Assembly (NCBI GenBank): GCA_002269645.1
Contig: NIVC01000220.1
Span: 1 to 21,084, forward strand
Direction: 5' to 3'
From: Macrostomum lignano
Taxonomy: Eukaryota
Length of the DNA: 21,084 nucleotides
The translations under genes and the position numbers were made by a program. This document shows, piece by piece, positions 19,658-21,084 of this stretch. How positions within the stretch are numbered: the stretch's first letter is position 1; each line of letters begins with the position of its first letter. Under the pieces are notes generated by a model. That model had not been told where the DNA came from and did no database searches. It worked only from the letters and a program-made list of their open reading frames with translations.

Positions 19658-20080
19658 TTTCGTTTTGTGTTAAGCCGAGCAAACAAGGAGTGGGATAAAG
19701 GGGCATGGTAATTCTTCACTATCATGGTACGTCAAGTGCATAACCCCAGTACTTCAACATAGGTAGCCTATCTACAATCAGGAACAACTTTAAAAAGATG
19801 CACTTTTTACAAGGCCAGTAGGCGTGTTTTGTCTTTCTTTCAATCTCAGCTGTCACGAAAATATTACAATTTGATTATTGTCGGTTTCAAGGATTTTCCT
19901 GGTTATTTCATCATGGAAAATTATTTGTGTACATTCAGCTGGAATGACTGCAGCAGACTAGACAGCTAAAGCAAACAGAGAAACTACTGGAGCACTTGGT
20001 GTGCTATAAATAGTTTAGGCGTACATTCTGGACCAAATTTGAAGAGTACATGCATGCTCATCAATGCACAGCTTCAATGC

Positions 20081-20108
20081 GAAATACGAAAAGTGAAAAT
20101 CGAAAAGC
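20081..20108 (+). promoter_or_regulatory. GAAA x4 array with 7-bp period upstream of GIMAP copy 2 (IRF-E/ISRE-like)
   Basis: GAAATAC GAAAAGT GAAAATC GAAAAGC, containing GAAAAGTGAAA. Confidence 0.4.
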
Positions 20109-20310
20109 GGTACGAGGACCACATTAAAGAATGTTGTGCAGGTACTACCTGCTCTTGACAATGGCAAATAGAGTTTATTGATGAGCTTTACCTAAAACTC
20201 GAGGAACTACTCTGTTCAAAAAACTCTATATATACAGCGGGTGTTCAAAGCTCCAAGAACAGAAAACTACTAAGCCATCTCTAACCTACAGAGAAGACTG
20301 CACTACAGCA

Positions 20311-21084
20311 ATGTCAGCCGATCAGCCGCAAGACTCCAGCCAGATGACAACGGTGGTGCTGATGAGCAAGACAGGCAGCGGAAAGAGCTCTCTAGCCAAC
20401 ACCCTAATGGAGGAGGAAAGCTTCAAAGTCGGAAATGGCATGAGTCGCAGACGAAGCAGTGCGAGGCGCAGATGCGAACGGTCCGCGTCGCAGCCTGCTG
20501 GTGGTGGACACTCCCGGAACCATGGACTCCAAGGACGTTAACATGCCGCAGGGTGAGCTGCTGCGCACGCTGAACAAGTGTCCGTGCGGCGTTGACGCCT
20601 TTCTCGTGGTCGCCAGAGCGACGTCCGCTTCACAAACGAAGAGTGCCTGGCTATCCGCCAGACTGTGGAAGTGTTCGGTCCGGATCGTGCAAGCGCGTCA
20701 TCGTGGTGTTCAGCAGAGGTGACCATTTTGACAACGACATCAACGAATTTAAAAATAAAGAGCTGAAAGTCGCGCGAGAAGAAATTCCTGAGCTCGACAA
20801 GATGATGAAGGACTTCGGAGACCGCTACGTGCTGATGGACAACGCAAGAGGTGCGACCCGGGTATGCAGGAACGGCAGGTGGCAACGCTGATGGGCCTTA
20901 TCGATGAGGTATCGAAGCTGAACCCGAGCAAGTACAAGTACCTGGATAAGCAGACTGAGGAGCGGAAACGCCGAGAGGAGACTGAGGCGCAGAAGCAGAA
21001 TGACGTAGAAGATGGAAAAGATGGAAGCCGAGATCAAGCTTTTAAAGCAGCAGCAGCATCAGCGACAGCAGCAGCAGCATCAGC
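20311..21084 (+). pseudogene. AIG1/GIMAP-family GTPase, copy 2 (frameshifted, 3'-truncated by the window)
   Basis: MSADQPQDSSQMTTVVLMSKTGSGKSSLANTL, then LLVVDTPG, CPCGVDAFLVV, VIVVFSRGD in successive frames. Several 1-nt indels at positions different from copy 1. Confidence 0.82.

Larger units (their letters stand above)
18196..21084 (+). repeat. Tandem segmental duplication, copy 2 (runs off the window)
   Basis: Colinear with 14716-17100. Extra ~300 bp at ~19658-19960 and a longer VNTR. Confidence 0.92.

Noticed and set aside
19290-19725. 135-138 aa repetitive minus-strand ORFs (VLETQVQSWRRRFSPGDAGS)n
   Set aside because: Stop-free translation of the 20-bp VNTR. Not preserved in copy 1.

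Overview
Eukaryotic (animal-type) genomic DNA with short AT-rich GT-AG introns. The gene mix resembles a free-living flatworm such as Macrostomum, but the species is inference only. Left to right: (1) a 161-bp satellite array (~15.4 copies, cut by the window edge) runs directly into (2) a decayed Polinton/Maverick-type protein-primed family B DNA polymerase gene (2480-6520, ~1240 codons reconstructed). Unusually, this gene carries four spliceosomal introns, three of them inside or at catalytic motifs A, B and C. (3) Its downstream flank is packed with TGTACA words, including ten sense-strand Pumilio-type TGTA(A/C)ATA octamers and none on the antisense strand. (4) A truncated Ty3/Gypsy element follows (LTR, PBS, gag). 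(5) Next come two paralogous secreted WSC + PAN/Apple-like genes, tRNA-derived CORE-like SINE copies and a LINE 3' fragment. (6) The window ends in a ~3.5-4 kb tandem duplication, each copy holding a 20-bp VNTR, a conserved GAAA x4 motif and a frameshifted AIG1/GIMAP GTPase gene. The best candidate for an undescribed system is the satellite + spliced pPolB + PRE-rich tail unit. No integrase, capsid, ATPase or separate maturation protease gene is recognisable in the window.
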